Source: a bacterium
Lineage (GTDB): Bacteria > Zixibacteria > MSB-5A5 > GN15 > FEB-12
Length of the DNA stretch: 64,000 nucleotides
Reading direction: 5' to 3'
Assembly: GCA_043811375.1 (NCBI GenBank)
Contig: JBDRNJ010000019.1
Span: 1 to 64,000, forward strand
Of this stretch, positions 47,405 through 57,243 are shown piece by piece. Position 1 is the first letter of the stretch. The number at the start of each line of letters is the position of its first letter. A model generated the notes under the pieces. It did not search any database. It saw only the letters and a program-made list of their open reading frames with translations, and was not told the DNA's origin. Both the position numbers and the translations under genes were made by a program.

Positions 47405-47484
47405 TTTTGAATGCCCGCAAATCCGTAATCCCGCGCACCACCGGTCGATTCCGGCCAGAGGTCAATACAGACTGCCCCCCCGAC

Positions 47485-48843
47485 TCAGGCGATCCAGATG
47501 CTCTTGATATTGACAAACTCCCTGATGCCGTAATGAGACAATTCCCGCCCGTAGCCGGATCGTTTGATGCCGCCAAATGGCAGCCGGGGGTCGGATTTGG
47601 TCATGCCGTTTATAAACACCGCCCCGGTTTCGATACGGCGAGCTACTTCCTCGGCCTTTTTCAAATCCCGCGACCAGACGGAACCACCCAGTCCAAATAC
47701 AGAATCATTGGCCACGGCTATCGCTTCCTCTGTGTCCCTGACCGAGATAATGGCCGACACCGGCCCGAAAGTCTCCTGTTCGTAGACGGGCATTCCCTTT
47801 TTTACGTCGGCCAGGACGGTCGGCAGGTAGTAAGCGCCCGGACGGTCAGCTCGTTTGCCGCCACAGAGCAATCGTGCTCCCAACTGGATTGACTGCTGTA
47901 CTTGTTCGTCGAGTTCTGCCATCAGGTCCTCACGAGCCATCGGTCCTACCTGGGTAGCCTCGTCGAGCGGATCGCCTATCCGCAGCGATTGCATGATCCG
48001 GGTCTGCTCTTTCTGGAACTGCTCCACTAACGGCTCGACTACAATGAACCGTTTAGCGGCGATACAGCTCTGGCCCTGGTTAATCATGCGGGCCGTGGCC
48101 GATGTAGCCACGCACTGCGGCAGGTCGGCATCCTCCAGGACCACAAACGGATCCGATCCGCCCAATTCCAGGACGGTTTTTTTCAGTTCCCGGCCGGCTG
48201 TTGCGGCTACCTGCATTCCGGCCGGTTCGCTGCCGGTGAGGGTTACTGCCTTTATCAACGGGTTGGTAATGACGTTTTCGACCTGACCGGCCGAGATGAG
48301 CAGAGCCTTAAACAGATGGGGCGGAAAGCCCGCCTCACGAAAGATTTCTTCAATAGCCAGTGCGCATCCGGGCACATTGGAGGCATGTTTGAGAATCCCG
48401 GCGTTACCGGCCATCAGGGTCGGAGCGGCAAAGCGCATCACCTGCCAGAAAGGGAAATTCCAGGGCATGACGGCCAGCACCACGCCCAACGGTTCGAAAG
48501 CGACCAGGCTGCGGCTGGCATCGGTTTCGATCATTTCATCGGCCAGGAATTTCTCGGCATGGTCGGCGTAGTAATCACAGACCCAGGCGCACTTTTCGAT
48601 CTCGGCCCGCCCTTCCCTGATCGTCTTGCCCATTTCCAGAGACATCAGCCGGGCGTACTGGTCAGTTTCACGGCGCTGATACTCCGCAGCCCGGTGCATC
48701 AGTTCACTGCGATGGGTAAATGTGGTCCGGCGCCACCGGCGAAAGGCTTCATCGGCTTCAGAAATAGCACGGGTAATTTGTTTCGAGTCAGGCTCGGCGT
48801 ATTCCCGAATAAGCTCTCCGGTGGCCGGATTGATCGCTTTCAT
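47485..48843 (-). CDS. NAD(P)-dependent succinate-semialdehyde dehydrogenase family aldehyde dehydrogenase
   Basis: MPWNFPFWQ, LTGSE, LELGGSD, GQSCIAAKRF, ETFGPV. Confidence 0.92.
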   Translation of the reverse strand: MKAINPATGELIREYAEPDSKQITRAISEADEAFRRWRRTTFTHRSELMHRAAEYQRRETDQYARLMSLEMGKTIREGRAEIEKCAWVCDYYADHAEKFLADEMIETDASRSLVAFEPLGVVLAVMPWNFPFWQVMRFAAPTLMAGNAGILKHASNVPGCALAIEEIFREAGFPPHLFKALLISAGQVENVITNPLIKAVTLTGSEPAGMQVAATAGRELKKTVLELGGSDPFVVLEDADLPQCVATSATARMINQGQSCIAAKRFIVVEPLVEQFQKEQTRIMQSLRIGDPLDEATQVGPMAREDLMAELDEQVQQSIQLGARLLCGGKRADRPGAYYLPTVLADVKKGMPVYEQETFGPVSAIISVRDTEEAIAVANDSVFGLGGSVWSRDLKKAEEVARRIETGAVFINGMTKSDPRLPFGGIKRSGYGRELSHYGIREFVNIKSIWIA

Positions 48844-48844
48844 T

Positions 48845-50512
48845 CTATCCTCCCGGGGACGGAAACCGGAACGGTTCACAGAGATTGCGTTCCAGTTTCC
48901 GGCTGAGATCATAGTTTACTTTCGATTGTATGGGCACTTCAATCAGGCAAAGTTCCTGGCTGGTTATGGCTTCTTTCAGGTTCGATTGAAGTTGCTCCAG
49001 ATTCTGCGGGGCATAGCCTTTGATACCGAAGCTCCGGGCGTATTGCATGAGATCGGGATTGGTCAGTTTGGTTCCAAAGGTGCGGCCGGTGTGATTGAAT
49101 TGTTTCCAGGAAATCAACCCATATTCGTTGTCGTTAAAAACGATAATGGTGAAGCCGACACCGATCCGCCGGGCGGTCTCAATTTCCTGAGAGTTCATCA
49201 GGAAACCACCGTCACCCATCACCGCCACCACCTGCTTGTCCGGACAGGCCAACTTGGCGGCGACCCCACCCGGCAAGGCAATGCCCATACTGGCCAGGCC
49301 GTTTGACATGATAACGGAGTTGGGCTCGTAGGTCGGGTAGTTGCGGCCGATCCACATTTTGTGACTGCCGACATCGGAGATAAGAATGTCACCGGGATTC
49401 ATAACATCACGGATGATGTGAAGGACTCCCGGAACCGTGAACTCATCTCCCGGGGACAATCGGTAGGATCGGATATCAATTTCGATCTGTTTTCGCAGTG
49501 GCCAAAACCAGCCGGTATCAAAAACAAGGTGCTCCTTTTTGACCCGTTCCGTCAAGGCCGATAAGGCACCGGAGACGTCGCTGACAATTTCAACTGTCGG
49601 CTGGTAGAAGTCGTATACCTCGGCGGGAAGAAAATCTATGTGCACGATCTGCCTGCTGCTGTCGTGGTTCCAGAACTCGGGCGCATATTCAGCAATATCA
49701 TAGCCGACAGTCAGAATCAGGTCTGCCCGGTCGATGGCACCGTTGACGTAGTCACGTGTCTGCAACCCGACTGCGAACAGAGAATGCTCATCACGGTCCG
49801 AGACAGCCCCCTTGCCCATGAACGTTGACACCACCGGTATGTAGGCAGCGGCCACCAGAGCGCGTAATTGCCGGGAAGACCTTTCGCGGATAGCACCGTT
49901 GCCGGCCAGGATCAACGGCCGCTTAGATTGGGACAGAAGCTGCATGGCGGCGCTGACGGCCTGCGAATCAGGAGCGGCCCGGCGCACCGGCCTGGGCGTT
50001 ATCGGCTGGTGAGAACAATCCAGCCGGGCAATATCCTCGGGGAGTTCAAAATGCGTGGCTCCCGGTTTTTCCATCTCAGCCAGCTTGAAAGCTTTGCGGA
50101 CGACTTCGGTGACAACCTGCGGGTTCTGAATACTGGCGTTCCATTTCGTGATCGGTTTGAACATGTTGATGATGTCGATTTTCTGGTGGCTTTCCTTGTG
50201 CATTCGGTCCGAGGCGGCCTGACCGGTAATGGCTACTACTGGTGCCTTGTCAAGGTGAGCATCGGCCACACCGGTAACTAGATTGGTGGCGCCCGGTCCC
50301 AGAGTGGACAGGCAGACTCCGGCCCGACCCGTCAGGCGACCGTACACATCGGCCATAAACGAGGCTCCCAGCTCCAGGCGGGTGGTGATAAACCGGATGT
50401 CGGATGTCTCCAGTGACAAAAGCAGATCTTCGTTCTCTTCACCGGGAATACCGAAGACATACTTGACACCTTCGCCTTCAAGGCAGCGGACGATCAGATC
50501 AGAGACTTTCAT
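48845..50512 (-). CDS. Acetolactate synthase large subunit-like ThDP enzyme
   Basis: FGIPGEEN, TLGPGATN, GDGGFLMN..N ThDP motif. Confidence 0.9.
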   Translation of the reverse strand: MKVSDLIVRCLEGEGVKYVFGIPGEENEDLLLSLETSDIRFITTRLELGASFMADVYGRLTGRAGVCLSTLGPGATNLVTGVADAHLDKAPVVAITGQAASDRMHKESHQKIDIINMFKPITKWNASIQNPQVVTEVVRKAFKLAEMEKPGATHFELPEDIARLDCSHQPITPRPVRRAAPDSQAVSAAMQLLSQSKRPLILAGNGAIRERSSRQLRALVAAAYIPVVSTFMGKGAVSDRDEHSLFAVGLQTRDYVNGAIDRADLILTVGYDIAEYAPEFWNHDSSRQIVHIDFLPAEVYDFYQPTVEIVSDVSGALSALTERVKKEHLVFDTGWFWPLRKQIEIDIRSYRLSPGDEFTVPGVLHIIRDVMNPGDILISDVGSHKMWIGRNYPTYEPNSVIMSNGLASMGIALPGGVAAKLACPDKQVVAVMGDGGFLMNSQEIETARRIGVGFTIIVFNDNEYGLISWKQFNHTGRTFGTKLTNPDLMQYARSFGIKGYAPQNLEQLQSNLKEAITSQELCLIEVPIQSKVNYDLSRKLERNLCEPFRFPSPGG

Positions 50513-50782
50513 GTTTATTCTCTCGCTGGAAGATGCCACCAAACGCTACACCACATGTTTCTATTGGTTCCATAACCGGAGCCCGCAGGTCTTTACTCCC
50601 CATACGTCTGATATGGTTGCTGTTGTTATCGTTCATGCCATCGTTATCCGTCTCCGACAGCGTAGCTGCCGGGTACATGCTCCTGTCACTCATAAGATAG
50701 CCTTCCGATAACTATCCGGTAAAGACAAAAAAAGAGCCGGCCGGTTTCGCCCGGTGTAGTTGACGCGCCGGAATCTCATCCG

Positions 50783-53209
50783 TCAGACTGAATCGATCGG
50801 ATCGGACCGGCGTCGCCAACGGCAGTAGCCTACTACAACTATTGCAGCCAGTAACCCGGCGATAGTCAACCGTCCTGACCAGCGATTGAGAGCCGAATCG
50901 TACACCATCACGACCCGGTGGTTTCCGGAGGGAACCGCTACCGCCCGGAAGGCACCGTAGGCACGGTGGATGGGACGCCTGACGCCGTCCACACAGGCAC
51001 GCCAGGCGGGAAAATAGGTGTCGGACAGAACCAGCAGTTGGTTGGTGGCTGAGACAACGTTGATTTCCAACGAATCCATGTCATAGTAGATTATCTCAGC
51101 CCGATAACTGTCCGGGCTGCAAGGGGAGATCGTCAGCTCCGGCTCCTCCTCCAGCAACACCAGCTTGCGAAGATTGTCACTTCCCTTGAGGACCAACTCA
51201 TGTATCGCCTTTCGATCCGGAACTACCTTATAGGCACCCGCCAGGTAAGCATGGGGGAAGCAGTTCCTGTTTCCGAGGACTATGTATTCCGCCGCAACGC
51301 CGAGTGTATCCAGGGGAATCGGCCCCAGAATGTCCGGTGGCAGGTGGTGTCCCTGCCGGCAAATGATGTAGCGAGTGGCGGTCAGGTTCGCCAGACGAGG
51401 ATTGAGATAGTTGCTGCGGTGGTAGCCTCCGATCAACTCATAGAACCAGATCAATTCCTTGCCGTGGGGAAAGGTGGTACTCCTGATTCCGTAATAGCCA
51501 AGTTGAAAGCCTCCCTCCCAGATACCGTACGAAACTGTGCGTCCCGGCTCCTCCTGGCTGCGCAGCACGTCGATTACCGGATGCGGACCGAACCGCCGGT
51601 CGGCATCAAACACGTATAGCAACTGCTCGTTGAAACGGCAGTTCGCAAATGTGACCACCAGCGGCAGTATCCACAGCAAGTGACGTAACCTGGGGGCGGA
51701 CAGGACTATTCTGACAACCACCGCCGCAATTCCGGCGTAAACCAGCGCCAACCAGAGACCGGTTTTGAGGTGTGGCAGGTTAGCCAATGCGAATGACCAC
51801 TTGCCGGCTGCTGCCGACTCCATCGGCAGGGCTGCCAGGTTAAATATCCGGCAGTACCAGCGCAACATCTCCTCCCCACTGATAGTAAAACTGATTGCCG
51901 CCAGCAGCAGGATGAAGGGGACAGCCCTCAGTACGAACGCCAGGGTCCACTGCCTTGATGATCCGAGGGCTCCGGGGGAGACGGCCCGGTCACGAACGTT
52001 CTCTATGCCCATCCCGCCCAGCACGGCCACACAGAAAACGAAAACAAACATAGCCGTCGAGGGACCGGCCATGGACGATAAGAAAGGAATCACAGCAATG
52101 ATCAGTGCAAAGAAGGGGGTGGAAGGACCCAGGGCATAGAGGAAAACCAGGCTCGCCAGCGCTCCCCAGAAGTACTTCTCTGAACGACCACGGGTCAGAA
52201 ATGCCAGCAGGGCCATGAACAGAACGACAATCCCAGCGCTTTCCGAGGTTCTCTTGAACGTATTCTTGCCCCAGTACAGCCGTTGGCCATTGGCCAGATC
52301 GGTGCCGCTGAACTCGGGGACAAGTTGCGAAACCGCCTCCTCGGCACGCAACGAGTACTGTGAGGCAAACTCAAACCCGGCGTGGACAGAGGCCCGGGGT
52401 GAATAATTCAAGAGATATCGAGCACTCGGCAATAACTGGACCGACGAAATCATAAGCCCCAACAGCACACCGAAAACCAGCAGTGCCGCCGGCCGTATCA
52501 GCGACTTGACGGTCCAACTCTGCAAGAATAACCGGCCAAGTTTGTAGACAGAGAATAAAGCCACCACCCAGAGAACGTAGTAGGCCATCTGCAGATGCGG
52601 AGTGAGAATAATAACGGCCAGGACCAGTCCAAACCAGACGGCGTCCTGCAACCGGTACCGTCTGAGAAGCCGATCAAGAAACAGCATCAGCAGCGGAAAC
52701 CAGGTAGCCACGTATAGTTTACCATCGTGACCTTCCGCCGTCCAACTGAACAGACAGGGCGAAAGAGCGTAGGCCAGTCCGGCGAAGACAGCTCCTAACC
52801 TCGATAGATTGAATTGTCGCGCCGCCAGGTACATAAAAACCCCGGCCAGGAAGTAGTGCAGCATGAAATTGTAAGCAGTCGTTCGGAAAACGTCACCGCA
52901 GAAATCGATAAACGTCAAAGGATAATAGATGCCGCCGTGAATGGCGTCTACAAAGGGAAGGCCGCAGCAGATAAAGAAGTTCCAGCCCGGCACGGAATAA
53001 TGACTGAGCAAGTACTCCTTCAACAGTGTGCGGTAGAAGACTCCAAACCCGACGACATCGTGCGACGCGATCATGTAGTCGGAGAAGATGAAGTCACGAA
53101 AGATAAAAACCAGGGATGCGACCAAAACAGCCGCATAGAGTGTGATCAAGCACTGAGGTTTATCCAGAAAACGCAGCACCCGGGTGGTGGGTGATATGTT
53201 ATCAGCCAT
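50783..53209 (-). CDS. YfhO-family (GT-C-like) membrane protein
   Basis: 'PGWNFFICCGLPF', 'HLQMAYY', 'LVLSDTYFPAWRA.VDG', many TMs. Confidence 0.8.
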   Translation of the reverse strand: MADNISPTTRVLRFLDKPQCLITLYAAVLVASLVFIFRDFIFSDYMIASHDVVGFGVFYRTLLKEYLLSHYSVPGWNFFICCGLPFVDAIHGGIYYPLTFIDFCGDVFRTTAYNFMLHYFLAGVFMYLAARQFNLSRLGAVFAGLAYALSPCLFSWTAEGHDGKLYVATWFPLLMLFLDRLLRRYRLQDAVWFGLVLAVIILTPHLQMAYYVLWVVALFSVYKLGRLFLQSWTVKSLIRPAALLVFGVLLGLMISSVQLLPSARYLLNYSPRASVHAGFEFASQYSLRAEEAVSQLVPEFSGTDLANGQRLYWGKNTFKRTSESAGIVVLFMALLAFLTRGRSEKYFWGALASLVFLYALGPSTPFFALIIAVIPFLSSMAGPSTAMFVFVFCVAVLGGMGIENVRDRAVSPGALGSSRQWTLAFVLRAVPFILLLAAISFTISGEEMLRWYCRIFNLAALPMESAAAGKWSFALANLPHLKTGLWLALVYAGIAAVVVRIVLSAPRLRHLLWILPLVVTFANCRFNEQLLYVFDADRRFGPHPVIDVLRSQEEPGRTVSYGIWEGGFQLGYYGIRSTTFPHGKELIWFYELIGGYHRSNYLNPRLANLTATRYIICRQGHHLPPDILGPIPLDTLGVAAEYIVLGNRNCFPHAYLAGAYKVVPDRKAIHELVLKGSDNLRKLVLLEEEPELTISPCSPDSYRAEIIYYDMDSLEINVVSATNQLLVLSDTYFPAWRACVDGVRRPIHRAYGAFRAVAVPSGNHRVVMVYDSALNRWSGRLTIAGLLAAIVVVGYCRWRRRSDPIDSV

Positions 53210-53340
53210 CAAGCGTCCACCCCTCATCCGACCGGAACCGGGCGTCCATCACTGTCCCCGGTTCACCTGACAGATACACTTCCCCTCGACGCCGGCACAA
53301 AATGACCTCGCTAGTCTGTTATCAACCTTTCTCCGAAGTT

Positions 53341-54663
53341 CTATATACCGCTAAACTGGATATCCGTAAAGTACATACTGGGGCGGCGCCAGGATGAGTA
53401 AACCCAGGGATCGTTGCCCATCGCCACCAGCTTGTCCCACAGTTCGGCTGAGTTTCCGGAGATGTTCATTTCATTGACCGGCCGGACGATTTGGCCGTCC
53501 TCGATGTACAAGCCCATGATGCCGTAGGAGAAGTCGCCGGTAGTCGAATTACTGTTGCCGCCTATGAAAGTGTTGATCAGTATACCCTTCTTCATTCCCT
53601 TTACGAGATCATCCAGTGACTTGTCACCGTATTCGAAAACCAGGTTGGTTGAACCGCCGGTGGTGGGTTCCATGCCGAGTTTGCGGCCATAGTACCAGTC
53701 AATGTAGTACGACTTCAGCACACCCTTGTCGATCATCACGCGTCGTTTGGTCGCCATCCCGTCACCATCGTACAGGCGGGAACCGATGCCGGTTTCGATA
53801 AACGGATCATCGATTATGGTCAGTTTTTCCGAGCCGATCTTCTGATCCAGTTTGCCGTCCAGAAACGATCTTTTCTGCTGCAAGGCGCTGCCCTGCATCG
53901 GCTCGTTGAGTGCGCTCAGCAGCCTGCCGCCGTTCCGGTTGGTGACAATCATGTCGAACTTTCCGGATTCCATTTTAACCTGGCCGATTTTTGTCAGCGC
54001 TCGTTTGACGGCGGACTTACCCATTACTTCCGGCGCCGGCAGATCCTTGCGAAAACGCACCGTACGCCAGTCCCAGTCCTGGGGACGACCGCCGCCGTCA
54101 TCACTGACGGTAACTTCCGCTCCGGCCGAGAAGGAAGTACCGCGACGAACACCCTCGAAGCCGTTGCTGTGGACTTTGACTGTCTCGTAGAACGAGTCGG
54201 AAAATCCTGCCGTACATGATATGATGCGGTCGCTCTGAGCCTGCGCGGTTTCTTCTATGGCCTGAGCGAACTTGACCCTGGCCTCGGAGGACAGCCCCTC
54301 GTAGGAGTCGTCGAATATCCGCAGGTCCGTTTCCTTGCGGCCGGCATAGTATTTGGGATCCGGGAGCGATCGGAAAGGATCTTCGCCGAGGTACCCGGTC
54401 ATAGCCACTGCTTCGCGTATAAAAGTATCCAGCCGTTCCCGGCTGAGGTCATTGGTGGAGTGATTCGAGTAACGATTCTTGGCGTAGACCGTCATACTGA
54501 GTGAGTTCTGGGTCGATTCTTTCAATTCCTCCAGTTTGCCGTCGCGAAAGCCGACTTCGATGTCGCGGCTGTTGGCTATATTGACGGCCAGGTCATCGGC
54601 GCCGCTTTTCTTCGCCTCGGCGATCACCCAGTGAGCCAGCTTGAGTTTCTCCTGCTTATTCAT
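53341..54663 (-). CDS. pmbA: PmbA/TldE family protein
   Basis: 'DGDGMAT', 'NSTTGDFS.G', 'PVNEMNISGN'; downstream of tldD. Confidence 0.88.
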   Translation of the reverse strand: MNKQEKLKLAHWVIAEAKKSGADDLAVNIANSRDIEVGFRDGKLEELKESTQNSLSMTVYAKNRYSNHSTNDLSRERLDTFIREAVAMTGYLGEDPFRSLPDPKYYAGRKETDLRIFDDSYEGLSSEARVKFAQAIEETAQAQSDRIISCTAGFSDSFYETVKVHSNGFEGVRRGTSFSAGAEVTVSDDGGGRPQDWDWRTVRFRKDLPAPEVMGKSAVKRALTKIGQVKMESGKFDMIVTNRNGGRLLSALNEPMQGSALQQKRSFLDGKLDQKIGSEKLTIIDDPFIETGIGSRLYDGDGMATKRRVMIDKGVLKSYYIDWYYGRKLGMEPTTGGSTNLVFEYGDKSLDDLVKGMKKGILINTFIGGNSNSTTGDFSYGIMGLYIEDGQIVRPVNEMNISGNSAELWDKLVAMGNDPWVYSSWRRPSMYFTDIQFSGI

Positions 54664-54724
54664 AACTCTAACCCTGTTTTCGTTGTTGAGTATTTTGAGA
54701 GGACAATCCTGATTACTGAGAGGT

Positions 54725-56266
54725 TCATGAATCTACTCCTCCCACTGTGATCGAGGATACCTTGATTGTAGGCAGACCAAATCCGACCGGTGCCCACTGG
54801 CCGTTCTTACCACAGGAGCCGCCACCCGCCATCAGTTCCGGATCGTCACCGACCATGACGACTTTGGTCAGCACCTCCGGACCATTGCCGATGATATTGC
54901 ATTCCTTAATGGGACGGGTCAGTTTTCCGTTTTCGATCAGCGAGCCTGATTTGAGATAAAAGGTGAAATCACCTGCGCCGATATGCACCTCGCCATTGGA
55001 GAAAGATTCAGCATAGATGCCTTTCCTGACGCTCTGAATGATCTCTTCCCGGGTGTGCGGTCCCGCCTCCATGTAGGTATTGCGCATACGCGGCATCGGC
55101 GCGTGGCGGAACGACTGTCGCCGCCCGCTGCCGGTCGGGTTCACCTGGTAGTGTTTGGCACTGATGCGGTCATGAAGGTAGCTTTCCAGGATGCCATTTC
55201 TAACGAGATACGTTTTCTGGCTGTCGTTGGCTTCGTCATCGACATTGATACTGCCGCGCATATTGGGATTGGTGCCGTCATCGACAATCGATACAAAGTT
55301 TTCTGCCACCGGTTTACCTATCTTGTCGGCAAAGATAGATACTCCCTTGCGATTGAAGTCCGCTTCCATACCGTGTCCGATAGCCTCGTGCAACAGTATA
55401 CCGGAATTGCCCGGCGATAGGACCACCTCCATCTCACCGGCTTCCGGTTTGACGGCATCAAAAAGATTGATCGTCCGTTCGACGGCAGTACCCGCCAGAG
55501 TGTCGAGTATCGGAGGTGTGAAATAATCGATACCGTGACGGCCACCCATGTTGTAGCCACCCTCTTCACGTCGACCGTCTTGTTCGGCGTTGACCGTGAC
55601 AAATACTCTGGTCATCGGTTGGAAGTCGCAGACCATCCTGCCGTCCGAGGTGGCGACAAGAATGTAGGATGTCTCGTCGGAGAACCAGATCTGGGATTTT
55701 ATAATACGCTTGTCCAGCGCCCAGACCTTGTCGTTGAGTTTCTGTAAATAGGGAACCTTCCGGTCAATACCGACATCCTCCCAGGACGTCTTGATCTGAT
55801 AGTAGTTCGGTGTCTGGTGGAGCTTGAGTTCCACCGGCGGCGTCCCGCGTGACTGGGCGGCAATATTGGATGCCGTCCGAGCCGCCTTTTCCATCGCTGC
55901 TGTCGTTATCTCTTCGGTAAAGGAGTAGCCGACGCTTTCGTCCTCGATGACTCGTATGCCGACACCAAAGTCGACATTGGCATAGGCGCGGTCGACTATC
56001 TTGTCCTCCAGGCCGATCCAGTTGGTAATTTTATGCTGGAAGAATACGTCACAGTAGTCTCCGCCTCGCTCCAATGCGGCTGCCATAACCCGGTGGATAT
56101 CGGCCTGATCGACACCAAAGTGTTGCAGGTACTTATGGAGCTTGTCTCCCTTGGCCGGTCCGTTCACAGCCGCCAGTGGGTTGGCCCTGAAAATGATCGG
56201 GATACTGGCCAGGGCCAGACCCTGAGCGCTCATTTTTACGAATTTTCGGCGCGTAATAAGGTTCAT
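54725..56266 (-). CDS. tldD: TldD family metalloprotease with twin-arginine-like N-terminus
   Basis: HEAIGHGME.D, PRMRNT, CGKNGQ; N-terminus TRRKFVK + hydrophobic segment. Confidence 0.9.
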   Translation of the reverse strand: MNLITRRKFVKMSAQGLALASIPIIFRANPLAAVNGPAKGDKLHKYLQHFGVDQADIHRVMAAALERGGDYCDVFFQHKITNWIGLEDKIVDRAYANVDFGVGIRVIEDESVGYSFTEEITTAAMEKAARTASNIAAQSRGTPPVELKLHQTPNYYQIKTSWEDVGIDRKVPYLQKLNDKVWALDKRIIKSQIWFSDETSYILVATSDGRMVCDFQPMTRVFVTVNAEQDGRREEGGYNMGGRHGIDYFTPPILDTLAGTAVERTINLFDAVKPEAGEMEVVLSPGNSGILLHEAIGHGMEADFNRKGVSIFADKIGKPVAENFVSIVDDGTNPNMRGSINVDDEANDSQKTYLVRNGILESYLHDRISAKHYQVNPTGSGRRQSFRHAPMPRMRNTYMEAGPHTREEIIQSVRKGIYAESFSNGEVHIGAGDFTFYLKSGSLIENGKLTRPIKECNIIGNGPEVLTKVVMVGDDPELMAGGGSCGKNGQWAPVGFGLPTIKVSSITVGGVDS

Positions 56267-56466
56267 GGCATACTCCTATAGAGATATTATTTCATCTAAA
56301 GTACTGATTTATTGGGCATACTGAAAGGAACTTTAATGGCATATCATTATTACGGAGAGCGTGTGATACTGGTTTCAGAATTATTCTGGTATGAATGTGA
56401 GGACTAGGAGAGACGGAAACTTCCGGCAAACGGAGTTTGTGGCCGAAAGCTCGCTCAGAAAAGACA

Positions 56467-56506
56467 AAAAAACACCCCCGGAGTACCACTCGTACGCACC
56501 CGGGGG
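56467..56506 (-). terminator. Intrinsic terminator for the minus-strand ArsR unit
   Basis: Plus strand AAAAAAA-CA-CCCCCGG..GTAC..GTAC..CCGGGGG; hairpin followed by T-run on the minus strand. Confidence 0.6.
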
Positions 56507-56540
56507 ATTGTCAACCAGATAACAAGCAGGTAGTTTCAGG

Positions 56541-56609
56541 TCATACCCGGGACCGATTTCGGCAACCCTCGCTGCAATGGGCCGCCCTGGGAATAGTAAA
56601 GCGTCGCAT
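56541..56609 (-). CDS. Putative 22-aa peptide MRRFTIPRAAHCSEGCRNRSRV
   Basis: Hand translation; AAGGAAGGAG RBS 6 nt before ATG; lies between Cys-rich ORF and terminator. Confidence 0.35.
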   Translation of the reverse strand: MRRFTIPRAAHCSEGCRNRSRV

Positions 56610-56674
56610 GAGGTTCTCCTTCCTTCATTAAATTACTGCCACCATTGGCGGAGCTTTTGTCAACATTACGGTCC

Positions 56675-56848
56675 TTACTTCTTATTGGTGTCGGTTGAGC
56701 AACAATCCGACTGCGACCGACAGCAACAGGCGGTAAACATCGGCAGACAGCCGCAAGACATCATCTCCTTAAAACTTTTGCCGGTCACCTCAAGACGGAA
56801 ACCGTCTTCCGTCTCGGTCAACGTGATCTTACCCAGTTCCTTTTCCAT
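56675..56848 (-). CDS. 57-aa Cys-rich protein (putative metal/metalloid binder)
   Basis: GAGGAGGTGA RBS; C-terminal SCGC..ACCC..DCC; downstream of ArsR. Confidence 0.75.
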   Translation of the reverse strand: MEKELGKITLTETEDGFRLEVTGKSFKEMMSCGCLPMFTACCCRSQSDCCSTDTNKK

Positions 56849-56880
56849 CGCTCTCACCTCCTCTCAATCGTTTCAGTTTG

Positions 56881-56910
56881 TATATGTTTATATGCGCATA
56901 TGCACATATA
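56881..56910. promoter_or_regulatory. Palindromic operator, likely ArsR/SmtB box
   Basis: TATATGT-tt-ATATGCGCATAT-gc-ACATATA, 30-bp imperfect inverted repeat between arsR and Cys-rich gene. Confidence 0.65.
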
Positions 56911-56937
56911 TGTTCCCAAATTTTTTTTAGAGTCCGG

Positions 56938-57243
56938 TTATTTTTTTCGGCTTTTTTTCCCGGAGGGCACTCTGATTTCGAGGCAGTCGCAGAAACCGGA
57001 GCAGCAATTTTTGACCGAACTCTTGTTAAGGCTGTAAAATACCTGTTGCCCATCGCGGCGATCGACCACCACTTCGGCCTCTCGGAGAATAGCCAGGTGG
57101 CGGCTGATGGTTGGCTGTGACAGGCCGATTTCGACAACTACTTCACCGACCGTCATTTCCCCCGATGACAGCAGAGCCAGTATCTTCAGTCGGGTTTGAT
57201 TTCCAAACGCTTTGAAGTATTTGCTGAATAGTCGTTCGTCCAT
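56938..57243 (-). CDS. ArsR/SmtB family metalloregulator
   Basis: 'FKAFGNQTRLKIL', 'SQPTISRHLAILRE', 'RRDGQQVFYSL'; C-terminal CC..FCDC. Confidence 0.92.
   Translation of the reverse strand: MDERLFSKYFKAFGNQTRLKILALLSSGEMTVGEVVVEIGLSQPTISRHLAILREAEVVVDRRDGQQVFYSLNKSSVKNCCSGFCDCLEIRVPSGKKSRKK

Noticed and set aside
50499..50693. 64-aa ORF upstream of the ALS gene as a leader peptide
   Set aside because: Not enriched in branched-chain residues, no attenuator evident, weak evidence for translation
56511..56543. Selenocysteine read-through of the TGA ending the 22-aa ORF
   Set aside because: No convincing SECIS-like hairpin directly after the TGA, and the extension is only 9 codons
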